A stretch of DNA of 64,000 bases from Octopus sinensis (GCF_006345805.1 NC_042999.1:23064001-23128000); one strand, 5' to 3'. Shown: positions 37,491 to 52,211, counted from the stretch's first letter. Notes: generated from the letters alone by a model not told the origin. Program-made: numbers and translations.

Positions 37491-37824
37491 TATATATATA
37501 TAAATAAATACAAACACACCTGTATGCATTATATACATTTTTCTATTCACACACGTAGACATGCCTGCCGGTATTCAGAAATACATATGAACACACGTGC
37601 TTAAATGTATGCGTGTATGTGTTTGTGTGCATGCAGGTGTATGTTTTGTGTGTGTGTGTGTGTATGTGTGTGTCTGTATATATGTATGTATATATATGCA
37701 TGTATGTGTATATATGTATGTATGTATATGTATATATATATGTATGTATATGTATGTATATGTATATATATATGTGTATATATATGCATGTATGTATATG
37801 TATATATGTATGTGTATATATATA

Positions 37825-37871
<47 letters not shown>

Positions 37872-38587
37872 TATATATATATAACGAGGAGGCAAGCATA
37901 AGAAAATGATAGAGAAAGAGGGTGAGAAAAGATATAAAGAGATACAGACTACATCTGACACACAGACATTCAACCACAAGCATATTTATCATCTATATTG
38001 ATTTATTTCTAATCTATTATTCTTAACATATGTATCGAAAATATTGAAGCCTACCAACACTACCCCTTGCTTACTACTACTACTACAACTACTACTACTA
38101 CCACAACCACTATCTCCAATACTACCGTCACGTCCAACTGCTACCTCAACCACCACCGTTTCCATAAATACTGCTACCACTGGTAAAACGCCAACCACAG
38201 CATCAACATCATGAACTAACCTCCTGTCACTATCGGCACCATAATATCCGATAATAAAGCACCCCACTTATAATCACAGATCCCCACTTACATCATACAT
38301 ACTTACACAAACACAGACACACACACATATATATATTTATATGTATGTGTGTGTGTATGTATATATATATTTATATGTATGTATGTGTGTATGTATATAT
38401 ATATTTATATGTATGTATATATATATATATATTTATATGTATGTATGTATATATATATATATATATTTGTATGTATGTATATATATATATTTGTATGTAT
38501 GTATATATATATATATTTGTATGTATGTATGTGTGTATGTATATATATATTTGTATGTATGTATGTATATATATATTTATATGTATG

Positions 38588-38722
38588 TATCATCATCATC
38601 ATCATCATCATTAACGTCCGCTTTCCATGCTAGCATGGGTTGGACGGTTCAACTGGGGTCTGGGGAGCCCGAAAGCTGCACCAGTCCAGTCAGATTTGGA
38701 CTGGTGCAGCTTTCGGGCTCCC
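38588..38722 (-). mobile_element. Family C very short 3' end inside microsatellite
   Basis: (CAT)n + TTAACGTCCGCTTTCCATGCTAGC. Confidence 0.75.
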
Positions 38723-38865
38723 CTTTGTATGTATATATATATATATTTGTATGTATATATATATATTTGTATGTATGTATATATATATTTGTATGTATGT
38801 TATATATATTTGTATGTATGTATATATATATTTGTATGATATATATTATATATATATATATACAT

Positions 38866-38898
<33 letters not shown>

Positions 38899-38915
38899 CA
38901 TACATACACATACAT

Positions 38916-38948
<33 letters not shown>

Positions 38949-39419
38949 TATATTACATACATATATACACACACACACGCACGTGCTAAAATTATAAAAA
39001 AACAAAGGAGGAGACTCTATAAACAATAGCAAGAACAACTGCAGATGTTAAAGGAATGAAGCATTTCTAAGACTGCACTTTGTCGGTGTATATTGCTGCA
39101 ACTTAATGCACATCAGTGTATTTGAACAGCAGGACAAAGTTTTTTTGAGATGGAAGAATAATTGCAGCATCTCTATGCATCTGATGTGATATATAAACAT
39201 CAATGACTGATTGATTTCTGGTTGGTTGGTGGTTTCTTGTTGTAGCAGTTGTTTAGCCACCGGTCAGTTTTGGTTGAGTAAACTTACGATCAAAAGTATT
39301 TCAGCTATAAGGGTTTTATAATGACATTGCCAACTGGTTAGCTTTGATTAACTATGGAGAAAGAGTGACCATTCCAAAAGGTGACATATATTGTCTTAGC
39401 TTTTATATGTGGCTTGTGA

Positions 39420-39960
39420 AAAGTACCATTCAAGCATGACTGATGCCAGTGCCACCTGACTGGTTCTTGTGCCAGTGGAAAGTAAAATGTACCATTCAGG
39501 TATGGTCAATGCCAGTGCTGTCTGACTGGTTCCTGTGCTGGTGGCAAATAAAAAGCACCATGCTAGCATGGGTTAGACGATTTGACTGAGGACTGGCAAA
39601 CCACATGGCTGCACCAGGCTCCAATCTGATCTGGCAGAGTTTCTACAGCTGGATGCCCTTCCTAATGCCAACCACTCCAAGAGTGTAGTGGGAACTTTTA
39701 CGTGCCACCAGCACGAGGGTCAGTCAGGTGGTACTGGCAATGGCCATGCTCAAATGGTGTTTTATATGTGCCACCAGCACAGGAGCCAGTCCAGCGGCAC
39801 TGGCAACGACCTCGCTCGAATGTTTTTCATATGCCATGAGCACAAGTGTCTGTAAGGCGATACTGGTAATGATCACGCTTGAATGGTGCTTTTTACATGC
39901 CACCGGCACAGAAGCCTGGCAGAAGCCTGCACCAAACTTCTGTAACTGTTCTGGCAGGAT
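39420..39960 (-). mobile_element. Family C subtype
   Basis: Tail and diverged hairpin units. Confidence 0.75.
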
Positions 39961-40943
39961 TTTTTCAGCTAGGTACCTCAGCAGGGTGGACTTAGTACTT
40001 TTTACATGGCACAAGCACAGGCAAGGTGAGTAGTGCTTATTACATGGCACAAGCATGAGCAAGGTCAGTTTTGGCAAGGTTTTTACAGCTGGATACCCTT
40101 CCAAACACCAACCACTTAATAGTGTTGACTGGATGCTTTTAAGTGGCACCTACACTGATAGGGTCACTAAGTACTTGCAAGACAAAATACATATGCATTT
40201 ATTTTATTTATATAAGAAAAATGCACTTGATATATATCGTACAGATTACACTGTTGGTTCATTGCAATGAAAAGCAAAAATATGAAACTCAGAGTAAGCA
40301 GTATAATAATTCAGTTTCTAAAATTTGTGTGTGTGTGTGTGTGTTTCTATTTTTTTACATTTAAGAAAATGAAGTTGTCCTGTTTTCCTCTTTTTTTTTT
40401 GGCTATACCTGTGAAATCCCTTTCATAATGTTGTGTAACACACACTTCTGGATAATACTGTAAACTGACAAGCATATTGATTGAAGTTAAGGAATAAAGG
40501 AAACAGAGGAAATATGGAAATGAATCTGAAGAAACCTGTTAATGACACAGATAGGTGACTAGGGTCGCTGACAACTCAATGAATTTGTCATGAGCTGCAC
40601 ACTTACAGAACCAGAGACAAAGATATAAATGACAGATTATTCATGTGAAAGGCCAGTATCATTCATGGTTTTATTGAGGCTGTGATTATGCCAATGAGTT
40701 TAATGCAAGGCAAAGGCTCCACTATCTCGGAATGATAGAGATTTATTCATGACAAGTCAACTTTGACATGATGGTCATGGGATTGGTTTGAAACAGGGGT
40801 GTGTGAGTGTGTGGTATGATTAATTCCACTATGACCTACAATGAATGTCAGCATTGAAAATACAGGAGGAGTCCACAAGGTCTCTGTATAATTGTTTAAT
40901 ATGCTAGAGACAGAAGACAAATATTCCTCAAATTGTGTCTTAA

Positions 40944-41672
40944 CCTTTTCATTACCGTATTTATTTTGAGATGCTCTGTGTTTCTTTCAATTAATTTTAA
41001 ATATAACAAAGAATTTAGCAAAATAACTTAGTTATCATTAAGCTAGCGTCAGGAATATAAATTGTGTGTAAGGTTTGGTGGAAAATTTTAATTCAAAACT
41101 TATGAAAAGAAGACATTTATACTACAGAGCCAGAGGTAGTTTCAGCCGGGCTGGTATCGAAAGGGTTAAGAAGTATTTCCCTATTATATATTTTAACCCT
41201 TTTGTTACCATATTTCTGTCGAGATGCTCTGTGATTCTTTCAATTAGGTTTAGATATAACAAAGAATTTAGCAAAATAACTTAGTTATCATTAAGCTAGT
41301 GTTAGGAACATTAATTGTGACTAAGGTTTGGTGGAAGATTTTGATTCAAAACAAATGAAAACAAGACATTTGTACTACAGAGCCAGAGCCGGTTTCAGCT
41401 GTGTTGGTATCGAAAGGGTTAAGAAGTGTTTCTCAATTATATATTTTAACCCTTTCGTTACCATATTGATTTTGAGATGCTCTGTGATTCTTTCAATTAA
41501 TTTTAAATATAATGAAGAATTTAGTAAAAATAACTTAGTTATCATTAAGCTAGTATTAGGAACATAAATTGTGACTAAGGTTTGGTGGAAGATTTTAATT
41601 CATAACTTTTGAAAACAAGATATTTGTACAACAGAGCCAGAGGTGGTTTCAGCCAGGTTGGTATCGAAAGGG
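40944..41672. mobile_element. Three piggyBac-type (TTAA) MITEs in tandem, 253-bp period
   Basis: Copies 40944-41165, 41197-41418, 41450-41672; CCCTTTCGTTACC...GGTATCGAAAGGG TIRs, TTAA at every end. Confidence 0.88.
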
Positions 41673-42624
41673 TTAAGAAAATGGAAGTACACAATGCATT
41701 TGAGTAAAAAGTGGGATGGCCATGGCTAGAATGTTTTTGACCATATATCTGTTAAATCAGGGTTGAACTGGGGCTAAACAAAAGCAGCAACAACAACAAT
41801 GAAAATATAAAAATAAACAACTAAGTCTTGTAAGCAGATATAGCAGATAGAACCTGCAAGAAGCCTATCATGTGTGTGTTTGTATCTTCTTGTCTTGACA
41901 TTACACAATAGTCTTAAACAAGTATTTCTATCATATGACTAGTGTCCTTTGTTTCCAATTTTCCATGAAAATATGTCCAAGCATGGGGAAATATTATCTT
42001 GTTCAGAAACAGATGACGGTTGGAGACAGGAAGGGAACCCAAATGTAGAAAATCCAGATATAGAAAATCAGCCTCAATGAATTTCATCTGACCCATGTAA
42101 AAGCAGACATATATATCACCCAAATTTTATATTCGTATGGTCTCTCAGACGACTCACATATATATACATGAAGCATATGGTATAATTATAAACAGGGCAA
42201 ATTTTAGCCTTTTCTCCGCAGACTGAAAATATGATGAACAGCCTTAATCAATTGGTTGACCCGAGGCTATAGTAGAAGACAATTGCCCAAGGTGCCACGC
42301 AGTGGAACTGAACCTGGAACCATGTGGTTGGTAAACAAGCTACTTACCACACAGCCACTCCTACGCCTGTTGTGCACACTACTCCTATTCTGCACACATC
42401 AACACCAACAAGTCTTCAAGGCGTCTACATCATTCTGACAATCTCCAGAGAAACAAACAGCCAAACTGTTTATATACTCATCAAAGGCAACAGTTACTCT
42501 TTGAAGGAGTCCCTAATTTGCATACCAAAAGTGTTTAACACAATAAATACCAGTGGCCTGTCAACAGGGATCTTAGTCCACAAAGTATCAAGGTATGATA
42601 TAATATATATCATATATATATATA

Positions 42625-43065
42625 CTAATAAAAAGGGTTCAGCAAAAGAATTGCCTCACCACACACCGAAGTTCAGAAATAACAGCCAAAAATCTTAGCC
42701 ATTTCTTCTACTTTAAAAAGGGTCTTCCAGAGAAACCATAATACTTGAAGGTTATTTACACAGGCAGAGGGTAACGTAACGAAAATCAATCAATATCCGA
42801 TTATCCATAGACGCACGTTTCGGAATTAGGCTTTTTCATAAAGAATATAAAAAAATATAAACTTTACTAACCATATTCCTCATCAGTATGGATTTTCTGT
42901 AATAATCAGAAGGTACTAAAACATTTGAACGACTCTTTCCATATAACGGTGTTAGGCCGCTAATGTTAATACCGCCAGATTCAAAACATGAATGAGAGTC
43001 GCTTAGCCTCCCCCTGAACTTCGGTGTGTGGTGAGGCAATTCTTTTGCTGAACTCTTTTTATTAG
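42625..43065. mobile_element. Non-autonomous TIR element, ~52-bp TIRs, TA target
   Basis: CTAATAAAAAGGGTTCAGCAAAAGAATTGCCTCACCACACACCGAAGTTCAG and its reverse complement (1 mismatch); TA both sides. Confidence 0.85.
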
Positions 43066-43453
43066 TATTACTAAAAATTTACCGTATAACGGTCCTGTTT
43101 TCATACCGAATGCTACTTGGTGAAATTTATTGATTATTTCTTAATTAATTTTACCCTTTGTTACTATTGATCATATATATATATATATATATATATTTGA
43201 CTAGTTTCATTTGTGGGGAGCATTGAGTTACCCTTTAACACATAAAATGCAACAGGCCACAATCGTGGCCATCAGGCACAGATCGACAGGTCATGATAGT
43301 GGCCCAGATAGATGCATTTAATTTATGAGCGTTTATCGGGGTCTGATGTCACTCAAACGCTCCGATACCCCTAGAATGCATGAAGGACTAATAGTTCAAC
43401 TAATCACTTTTCAAATGATGTAAAACTTGCCACCATTATATACTAAGAAGATA

Positions 43454-43822
43454 TCTCTATATATATAAATGGCAAAATGTCTGTGTGTGTATCCTTTATA
43501 CAATTCCACAATTTTTCAATTAGAGGGCTCGCACTTTCTATGGTCATTCAAAACCATCCAAGGGTGGCCATGCACATCTTTACATTTCCCCAGTCACCCT
43601 GCAAAGCCATTAAAAAAATCAACAGAGGTGACTTTTTTGTGAATTTTCTATCCAAAACCCAATCAAAGTGCCCAAAACTTGATATGCCAATTGAATGCCA
43701 GCTAGCTGTATGTGATTGATCGGAGATTTGGACAGTACTCGCGTGTATATGCGCACACATGCACACAGCTGTATATGCATGCACAAGTAATATGACCCGG
43801 CAACGCCGGGTCATAGTGCTAG
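43454..43822 (+). mobile_element. Non-autonomous Helitron, family 1
   Basis: A|TC 5' end, 10-bp hairpin ATGACCCGGC-AAC-GCCGGGTCAT, CTAG|T 3' end, no TSD. Confidence 0.9.
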
Positions 43823-44632
43823 TTTTAACTATATGTGATTTTTTTGTGTGTGCATGGTAGTCTCATTTTCATAAAATGTGTTCAGCAGTCCATGCTATGT
43901 AAATGCAAATCCCAGCATTTTACGGGATAACCACCATTACTCCCAGGTCCGTTTTGACCCGTAAAAGTAACACCTTTCAGGGTCCCATATATGGATTAAA
44001 TAGATTTCCCAAGAGTAGAAGCGGTTCCTTTTAATTTTGACAAAATTATGGGGAAGGCAGCTCTTTTAGGAGAAAGACACTCTGGCATAAAACTTGCTGC
44101 GAAAATAGTACCAGTTATATTGTAATGTTTGTCTCTCAAACCTACTTTGGTGACTGAGAGTGGCAAAAGTGATGCACAGATTTTTGTTACTTAAATCCAA
44201 TGACATACAGATATGTCGACCATCATTTCATTTTTTGATCTTTTTTTGTATTTTATGAAGTCCTATGGTGATGGATACCTGTGCACAGGTAACAATGAAA
44301 GTAAATCAGAACAATCAGGCTAAATGCGAGACAGCTACCATCTGACAAAATGCAGCAATTGTTACATACATACATCCATACATATATACATAAATACATG
44401 TACACACATACATACATACACATACACACACACATTCAGCCATATATACACAAACATACATACATATACATTCATCCATCCATACATACATACATATGTA
44501 TAAATACATGCACATACATACATACACATGCATTCAGCCATATATATACACAAACATACATACATACACATAAACATCCAGCCATATGCACATACAATAT
44601 ATACAAACATATATACACAAATTATATACGTA

Positions 44633-45003
44633 TGTAGGTGCAGGGGTGGCTGTGTGATAAGAAGCTTGCTTCCCAACCACATGGTTCTGGGTTCAGTCCC
44701 ACTCCATGGCACCTTGGGCAAGTGTCTTCTATTCTAGCTTCAAGCTGACCAAAGCCTTGTGAGTGGATTTGGTAGATGGAAACTGAAAGAAGCCAGTCGT
44801 ATGTATATATATGTGTGTGTGTGTGTGTTTGTGTGTCTGTGTTTGTCTCTGCATCATTGCTTGATAACTGATGTTGGTGTGTTTATGTCCCTGTAACTTA
44901 GCAGTTCGGCTAAAGAGGCCGATAGAATATGTACTAGGCTTACAAAGAATAAGTCCTGGGGGTTGATTTGTTTGACTAAAGGCGGTGCTCCAGCATGGCC
45001 ACA
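44633..45003 (+). mobile_element. SINE family A, tail truncated by microsatellite
   Basis: Colinear copy. Confidence 0.82.
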
Positions 45004-45739
45004 CATACATGCTCACACATCCTTCCGTACATACATACACTCACACACACACATCCTTCCATGCATACACACATACACATCCTTCTATACATGCATACAT
45101 ACGTACATACACTCACACACATCTTTCCATACATACATACACACACACACACATACTTACATACATACACATCCTTCCATACATACTTACATACATACAC
45201 ATCCTTCTATACATACATACATACACATCCTTCCATATATACATACACACACACACATCCTTCCATATATACATACATACACACACACACACATCCTTCC
45301 ATACATACATATACTCACACACACATATGTAAGTACTCAGATACAGGAGCAGAGATGCCTTTCAAATCAAATCAAACCTTACCATTTTTTTTCACAAAAG
45401 GCATGAAACATAAGGGATATATTAGCTAATGCAGTCCTAAAATCACCACAACTGATATGGTCGGATGGTCACAGCAAAGATGTCTTTGACATTAGCTCTG
45501 TTCAATTAGCCCTGATCTGGGACTAAAAAACAACAACAACAACAACACTGCCACCACCACCTTCTCATAATACTACATAGAATCACATCACACTATTTAC
45601 ACCCAGGCCTCCATTAATCCAACATTACTGATACTTCCAAAAACAAAAACAAAATTTCTGTGTTTTCTTTTTTCTCCTTGCCTGGTGTAAACAACAGCCG
45701 CCTGTTGTCATCATGCAAAACTATTTCACTGAAGAGTAA

Positions 45740-46645
45740 CGGTGGTGGTAGTGGTGGTGGTGGTTGTGGTGGTGCTGGTGGTGGTAGTGTATTAGTAGTA
45801 ATAGTGGTAATGGTCGTGGTGGTAATAAAGGTGGAGGTGGTAGTGATAGTAGTAGTAGTGGTGGTGGTGGTAGTAGTAGTAGTGGTGTGGTGGTAGTAGT
45901 AGTAGTAGTCCTAGTAGTGGTAGTTGTGTGGTTGTAGTAGTAGTAATAGTGGTAATGGTCGTGGTGGTAATAAAGGTGGAGGTGGTAGTGATAGTAGTAG
46001 TAGTGGTGTGGTAGCAGTGGTGGTGGTGGCGTTAGTAGTAGTAGTCCTAGTAGTGGTAGTTGTGGTGGTTGTATTAGTAGTAATAGTGGTAATGGTCGTG
46101 GTGGTAATAAAGGTGGAGGTGGTAGTGATAGTAGTAGTAGTGGTGTGGTAGCAGTGGTGGTGGTGGCGTTAGTAGTAGTAGTCCTAGTAGTGGTAGTTGT
46201 GGTGGTTGTATTAGTAGTAATAGTGGTAATGGTCGTGGTGGTAATAAAGGTGGAGGTGGTAGTGATAGTAGTAGTAGTGGTGTGGTAGCAGTGGTGGTGG
46301 TGGTGGCGTTAGTAGTAGTAGTCCTAGTAGTGGTAGTTGTGGTGGTTGTATTAGTAGTAATAGTGGTAATGGTCGTGGTAGTAGTGGTAGAGGTGGTGGT
46401 GTGGTAGCAGTAGTGGTGATGGTAGTGGTGGTGGTGGTAGTGATAGTGGTGGTTGTATTAGTAGTAATAATGGTAATGGTCATGGTAGTGGTAGTAGTAG
46501 TAGTAGTAGTAGTAGTAGTAATAGTAGTGGTGGTGGTGGTAGTAGTAGTAGTGGTGGTGGTGGTGGTGGTGTTAGTAGTAGTAGTAGTGGTGGTGGTGGT
46601 GGTAGTAGTAGTAATAATGGTAGCGGTGGTGGTAGTGGTAGTAGG
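45740..46645. repeat. (GTA/GTG)n compound trinucleotide tract
   Basis: Direct inspection; ~137-145-bp higher-order period. Confidence 0.9.
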
Positions 46646-46907
46646 TGCTGTGCATTTGTATTGCACACATGTCTAAATCAATGCCACTGCTTATTCTGCA
46701 CACACCAACACCAACATCCCTTCAATATATGCATCCTTGTTTATCTTGTCACCTTAATTGGGTTCCAGCTTTGATCCAAACACATTCTACATGTCCACCA
46801 TCAACAGTTTTCCTGAATATACACACGTGTGTGTGTTTGTGTGTCTGTTAACATACAGTATAAATGCATATACATACACACACATATCAACCTACCTACC
46901 TATATTC

Positions 46908-48293
46908 TTTTACTCTTTTACTTGTTTCAGTCATTTGACTGTGGCCATGCTGGAGCATGGCCTTAAAGGTTTTTTTTAGTCAAAGAAATCAACCCCAGGA
47001 CTTATTCTATTGATCTTTGTTGCCAAACCGCTATATTACAGGGATGTAAAAACACCAACATTGGCTATTAAGCAGTGGTGGGGAGGACAAACATAGACAC
47101 AAAGACACATACATATATATACATACATGCATATATATATATATATATATTATTTATTATTATTATTTAATTGAATGCAACGCACCCATTTCCAAGTAAG
47201 TTTACCTTCACTTTTTTGATGCGACTACCATATACTGATTTCTTCCTCCATCCTTCTCCAATTCCCTTTTTCTCCCACTCCCTCTTTCGCCATTTTCTAT
47301 CTGTCTCTCTCTCTCTCTCTCTCTCTCTCCCTCTCTTTTTCTCTCTCTCTCCCTCATTGCTCACACGTAACCATCATCCATCTTTCTTTTCCTACACAGA
47401 TGTTCAAAAGACTGGACGTTTTGTTTCCTCTCTCATCTATCTTTTCTCTTTTCAAAGGAAATATTTCTCCCACTGTTCACTATTTACAACCCTCCATGTT
47501 TATTTTCATTCAGTTTCCTTGTATGTCTCCACTGTCCTGTTTTTGTTCCCAACTTTGACCCTCCATAAATCCTAAATTTTATTTTAGAATTTATGGGAGC
47601 AACTGTCTTTGAAGACTCATATTGTTGTTGAATGCTTAAAATGGGGAGTAGATAGACAGCCAACAACTGATGAAGGGTCCTTTTTCTGTGTTTACTTGTC
47701 CTGTTTTCCATTTTTCTCTTGTTGTTTACATATTTAACTCATTTGTTTATGTATTTCATGTTGTTTGCATAGTTGGTGACGTTTTGTACCCATATATGCA
47801 TATATGCATATATATACACACACACACACATATCTATATATTATTTATCATTATATATATATCTATATATATATACATATATGACAGGTTTCTTTCAGTT
47901 TCCGTCTGCCAAACCCACTCACAAGGCTTTGGTCATCCCAAGGCTATAGTAGAAGACACTTGCCCAAGGTGCTACTCAGTGGGACTGAACCAGAAACCAC
48001 ATGGTTGGGAAGGAAGCTACTTACAACACCACCATGCCAGCACCTATCTTTTATTTTTTACTTGTTTCAGCCATTGGACTGTGGCCATGCTGGGGCACCA
48101 CCTTGAAGGGTTTAGCCAAAACAATCCACCCCAGCACTTACTATTTTGTTAAGGCTGGTACTTATTTAATTTGCATCATTTGCTGAACCACTAAGGTATT
48201 AAGGATGTAAACAAACCAACAATGGGTGTCAAGTAGTGGACAAATATATACACTAAAACACACATACACACACAAACTAAAGAAAGCCCATAG

Positions 48294-48300
<7 letters not shown>
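46908..48300 (-). mobile_element. Family A SINE pieces (46908-47110, 47878-48025, 48050-48300) separated by other sequence
   Basis: Tail, head and diverged tail segments match family A. Confidence 0.6.
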
Positions 48301-48324
<24 letters not shown>

Positions 48325-48705
48325 TATAGGAGACTTATTGAGTCAAGTACCTCAACATCCAAATAATAATCAAATGGAAATTGTAGTTATGATACCTGTG
48401 CCGGTGGCATGTAAAAAGCACCATCTGAATGAGGCTGATGCCAGCACTGCCTGCCTGGCGTCCATGTCAGTAACATGTAAAAAGTACCAACCGATCGTAG
48501 CTGTTTGCCAGCCTTCTCTAGCCCATGCTGGTGGCATGTAAAAAGTACCATTACACTCACAGAGTGGTTGGCATTGGGAAGGGCATACAGCTGTAGAAAC
48601 ACTGATCAGACTGGAGCCTGGCGCAGCCTCCTGGCTTCCCAGACTCCAGTTGAACTGTCCAACCCATGCTAGCATGGAAAACGGATGTTAAACGATGATG
48701 ATGAT
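48325..48705 (+). mobile_element. Family C 3' end
   Basis: Tail with (GAT)n at 48695. Confidence 0.8.
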
Positions 48706-48842
48706 GACTATGGATACATGTGCTCAGGGCTTGAAGATTGCTTGAAGATACAAGGCACTTTATAAAAATTGACTTAACCACATGTCTTAATGGCAAGAAA
48801 CTATTAGTAGCTCTTATTTTAATACAGTGTACATTAAATGAG

Positions 48843-48895
<53 letters not shown>

Positions 48896-48950
48896 TATGT
48901 ATAAATATATACACATATGTATAAATATATACACATGAATATATATATAT

Positions 48951-50519
48951 GTGTGTGTGAGTGTATATTTATGTGAGTGTATATTTATAAGATGTGTATA
49001 TTTATGATAAGCAGAATTTCCTAGAGTAAAAGTTGTAAGTATAATATTAGAAAAAGAACTGATGATTTGTTAAAAACATATCAAGAGACATTTTGACAGC
49101 CTAATAAATCACACTCAACTTAAGAACTGAATGTTTAAGTTGTATTTCATAACAAGAAATGAACCACCAACACCACAACCACCACCACTACCAACATCAC
49201 CACCACCTTCACTGATTGTTTTACACTATTTTCATTTGGTGAACATATGCATATATATGTCAATATTTCTGTTAAGTAAAAAAGAAATCTCAGAAATATA
49301 CATATATAGTCTGATTTTTATCTTGAATTATATATTTCTAAATATGTTTTTGAAAGTGGTTGCTACACAACAACAGAAACACTGATGTTCTGAAATCAAA
49401 GGCAGGCCTTTTATGGTAGTTATTTAACCTGCTAGAAATACCAACCAAACTCCCTGAAATTGCGTGCTACTTATTGTCATTAAAAAACAGGAATCGTCTT
49501 CATTGTCATTGTTATTGTCAATTTAATATCTACTTTCTTTGTCAGTCATAATGCTTATGCCAAATGTGATAGTTAAGTCCCTTCAATGATTTGCCAAGAA
49601 GCCCACAGATCCTGCAAATATTGATTTAAATACGCAACCAAAACAGCTCCTAATAGTTTCATGTTTCTGTGATACTTTAACAGGCATATGTTTATGAAAC
49701 ACACCATGTATCTCAAAGCAATCTTTCAGGCTCTGTTTATGCATTATGTATGAACAGAACCTAAAAGATTACTTTAAGATACAGAGCATATGTCATAAAC
49801 ATATACCTGCTTAAGTATCTTAAAAGCATGAAACTAGTACTAACACCTTCAGTTGTGTATTTAAATTAATATATATGTATCATCATCATCATCATCATCG
49901 TCAATATCCTTATTATGAAAGGTACATAATAGTGTATTTAACTTGATATTTATCTCTCACTGGATGGAGTACTTTTTTTGTAGATTCTACCTCTGTTGAA
50001 TCATTAAACTATATATATATATGTATATATAGTAATAATATTAGGGAGTATAACTCCAAACTTACAGGGAAAAATTCAATTTAGTATTAAATCAAATTTC
50101 ACAGTATAATATATAAAATACGAATTAGAGATCAAACCACTATTATGCAAATCAAACAGTGACAGACATAAACCAATACATAATAACAGATAATATATAT
50201 AATTAATATAATATATATATTATATATATATATATATATATCATCATCATCATCGTTTAACATCCGCTTTCCATGCTAGCATGGGCTGGACAGTTCAACT
50301 GGGGTCTGGGAAGCCAGAAGGCTGCGCCAGGCCCAGTCTGATCTGGTAGTGTTTCTACAGCTGGATGCCCTTCCTAACACCAACCACTCCGTGAGTGTAG
50401 TGGGTGCTTTTTACGTGCCACCTGCATAGGTGCCAGACGAGGCTGGCAATGGCCACAATCGGATGGTGCTTTCAAAAAGTATAAAATGAATGATAGATAT
50501 ATATAATAAGTATTATATA

Positions 50520-50592
<73 letters not shown>

Positions 50593-52180
50593 AGTGTATA
50601 TTTATGTGAGTGTATATTTATAAGATGTGTATATTTATGATAAGCAGAATTTCCTAGAGTAAAAGTTGTAAGTATAATATTAGAAAAAGAACTGATGATT
50701 TGTTAAAAACATATCAAGAGACATTTTGACAGCCTAATAAATCACACTCAACTTAAGAACTGAATGTTTAAGTTGTATTTCATAACAAGAAATGAACCAC
50801 CAACACCACAACCACCACCACTACCAACATCACCACCACCTTCACTGATTGTTTTACACTATTTTCATTTGGTGAACATATGCATATATATGTCAATATT
50901 TCTGTTAAGTAAAAAAGAAATCTCAGAAATATACATATATAGTCTGATTTTTATCTTGAATTATATATTTCTAAATATGTTTTTGAAAGTGGTTGCTACA
51001 CAACAACAGAAACACTGATGTTCTGAAATCAAAGGCAGGCCTTTTATGGTAGTTATTTAACCTGCTAGAAATACCAACCAAACTCCCTGAAATTGCGTGC
51101 TACTTATTGTCATTAAAAAACAGGAATCGTCTTCATTGTCATTGTTATTGTCAATTTAATATCTACTTTCTTTGTCAGTCATAATGCTTATGCCAAATGT
51201 GATAGTTAAGTCCCTTCAATGATTTGCCAAGAAGCCCACAGATCCTGCAAATATTGATTTAAATACGCAACCAAAACAGCTCCTAATAGTTTCATGTTCT
51301 GTGATACTTTAACAGGCATATGTTTATGAAACACACCATGTATCTCAAAGCAATCTTTCAGGCTCTGTTTATGCATTATGTATGAACAGAGCCTAAAAGA
51401 TTACTTTAAGATACAGGGCATATGTCATAAACATATACCTGCTCAAGTATCTTAAAAGCATGAAACTAGTACTAACACCTTCAGTTGCGTATTTAAATTA
51501 ATATATATGTATCATCATCATCATCATCATCATCGTCAATATCCTTATTATGAAAGGTACATAATAGTGTATTTAACTTGATATTTATCTCTCACTGGAT
51601 GGAGTACTTTTTTTGTAGATTCTACCTCTGTTGAATCATTAAACTATATATATATATGTATATATAGTAATAATATTAGGGAGTATAACTCCAAACTTAC
51701 AGGGAAAAATTCAATTTAGTATTAAATCAAATTTCACAGTATAAATATATAAAATACGAATTAGAGATCAAACCACTATTATGCAAATCAAACAGTGACA
51801 GACATAAACCAATACATAAATAACAGATAATATATATAATTAATATAATATATATATTATATATATATATATATATATATCATCATCATCATCGTTTAAC
51901 ATCCGCTTTCCATGCTAGCATGGGCTGGACAGTTCAACTGGGGTCTGGGAAGCCAGAAGGCTGCGCCAGGCCCAGTCTGATCTGGTAGTGTTTCTACAGC
52001 TGGATGCCCTTCCTAACACCAACCACTCCGTGAGTGTAGTGGGTGCTTTTTACGTGCCACCTGCATAGGTGCCAGACGAGGCTGGCAATGGCCACAATCG
52101 GATGGTGCTTTCAAAAAGTATAAAATGAATGATAGATATAATATAATAAGTATTATATATATATATATATATATAATATA

Positions 52181-52210
<30 letters not shown>
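48951..52210. repeat. 1633-bp near-identical tandem duplication (2 copies)
   Basis: Identical ORFs at 49131 and 50764; a handful of SNP/indel differences; junction in (TA)n. Confidence 0.95.

Positions 52211-52211
<1 letters not shown>

Noticed and set aside
40940-41676. CRISPR-like repeat/spacer look
   Set aside because: Repeats are ~225-bp MITEs, spacers are near-identical, eukaryotic context, no cas genes
44010-44200. ~65-codon open stretch (LRDKHYNITGTIFAASFMPECL)
   Set aside because: No recognisable domain or splice signals; likely part of an unclassified repeat
47660-47700. CTGATGAAGGG as a hammerhead
   Set aside because: No stem II closure or GAAA downstream
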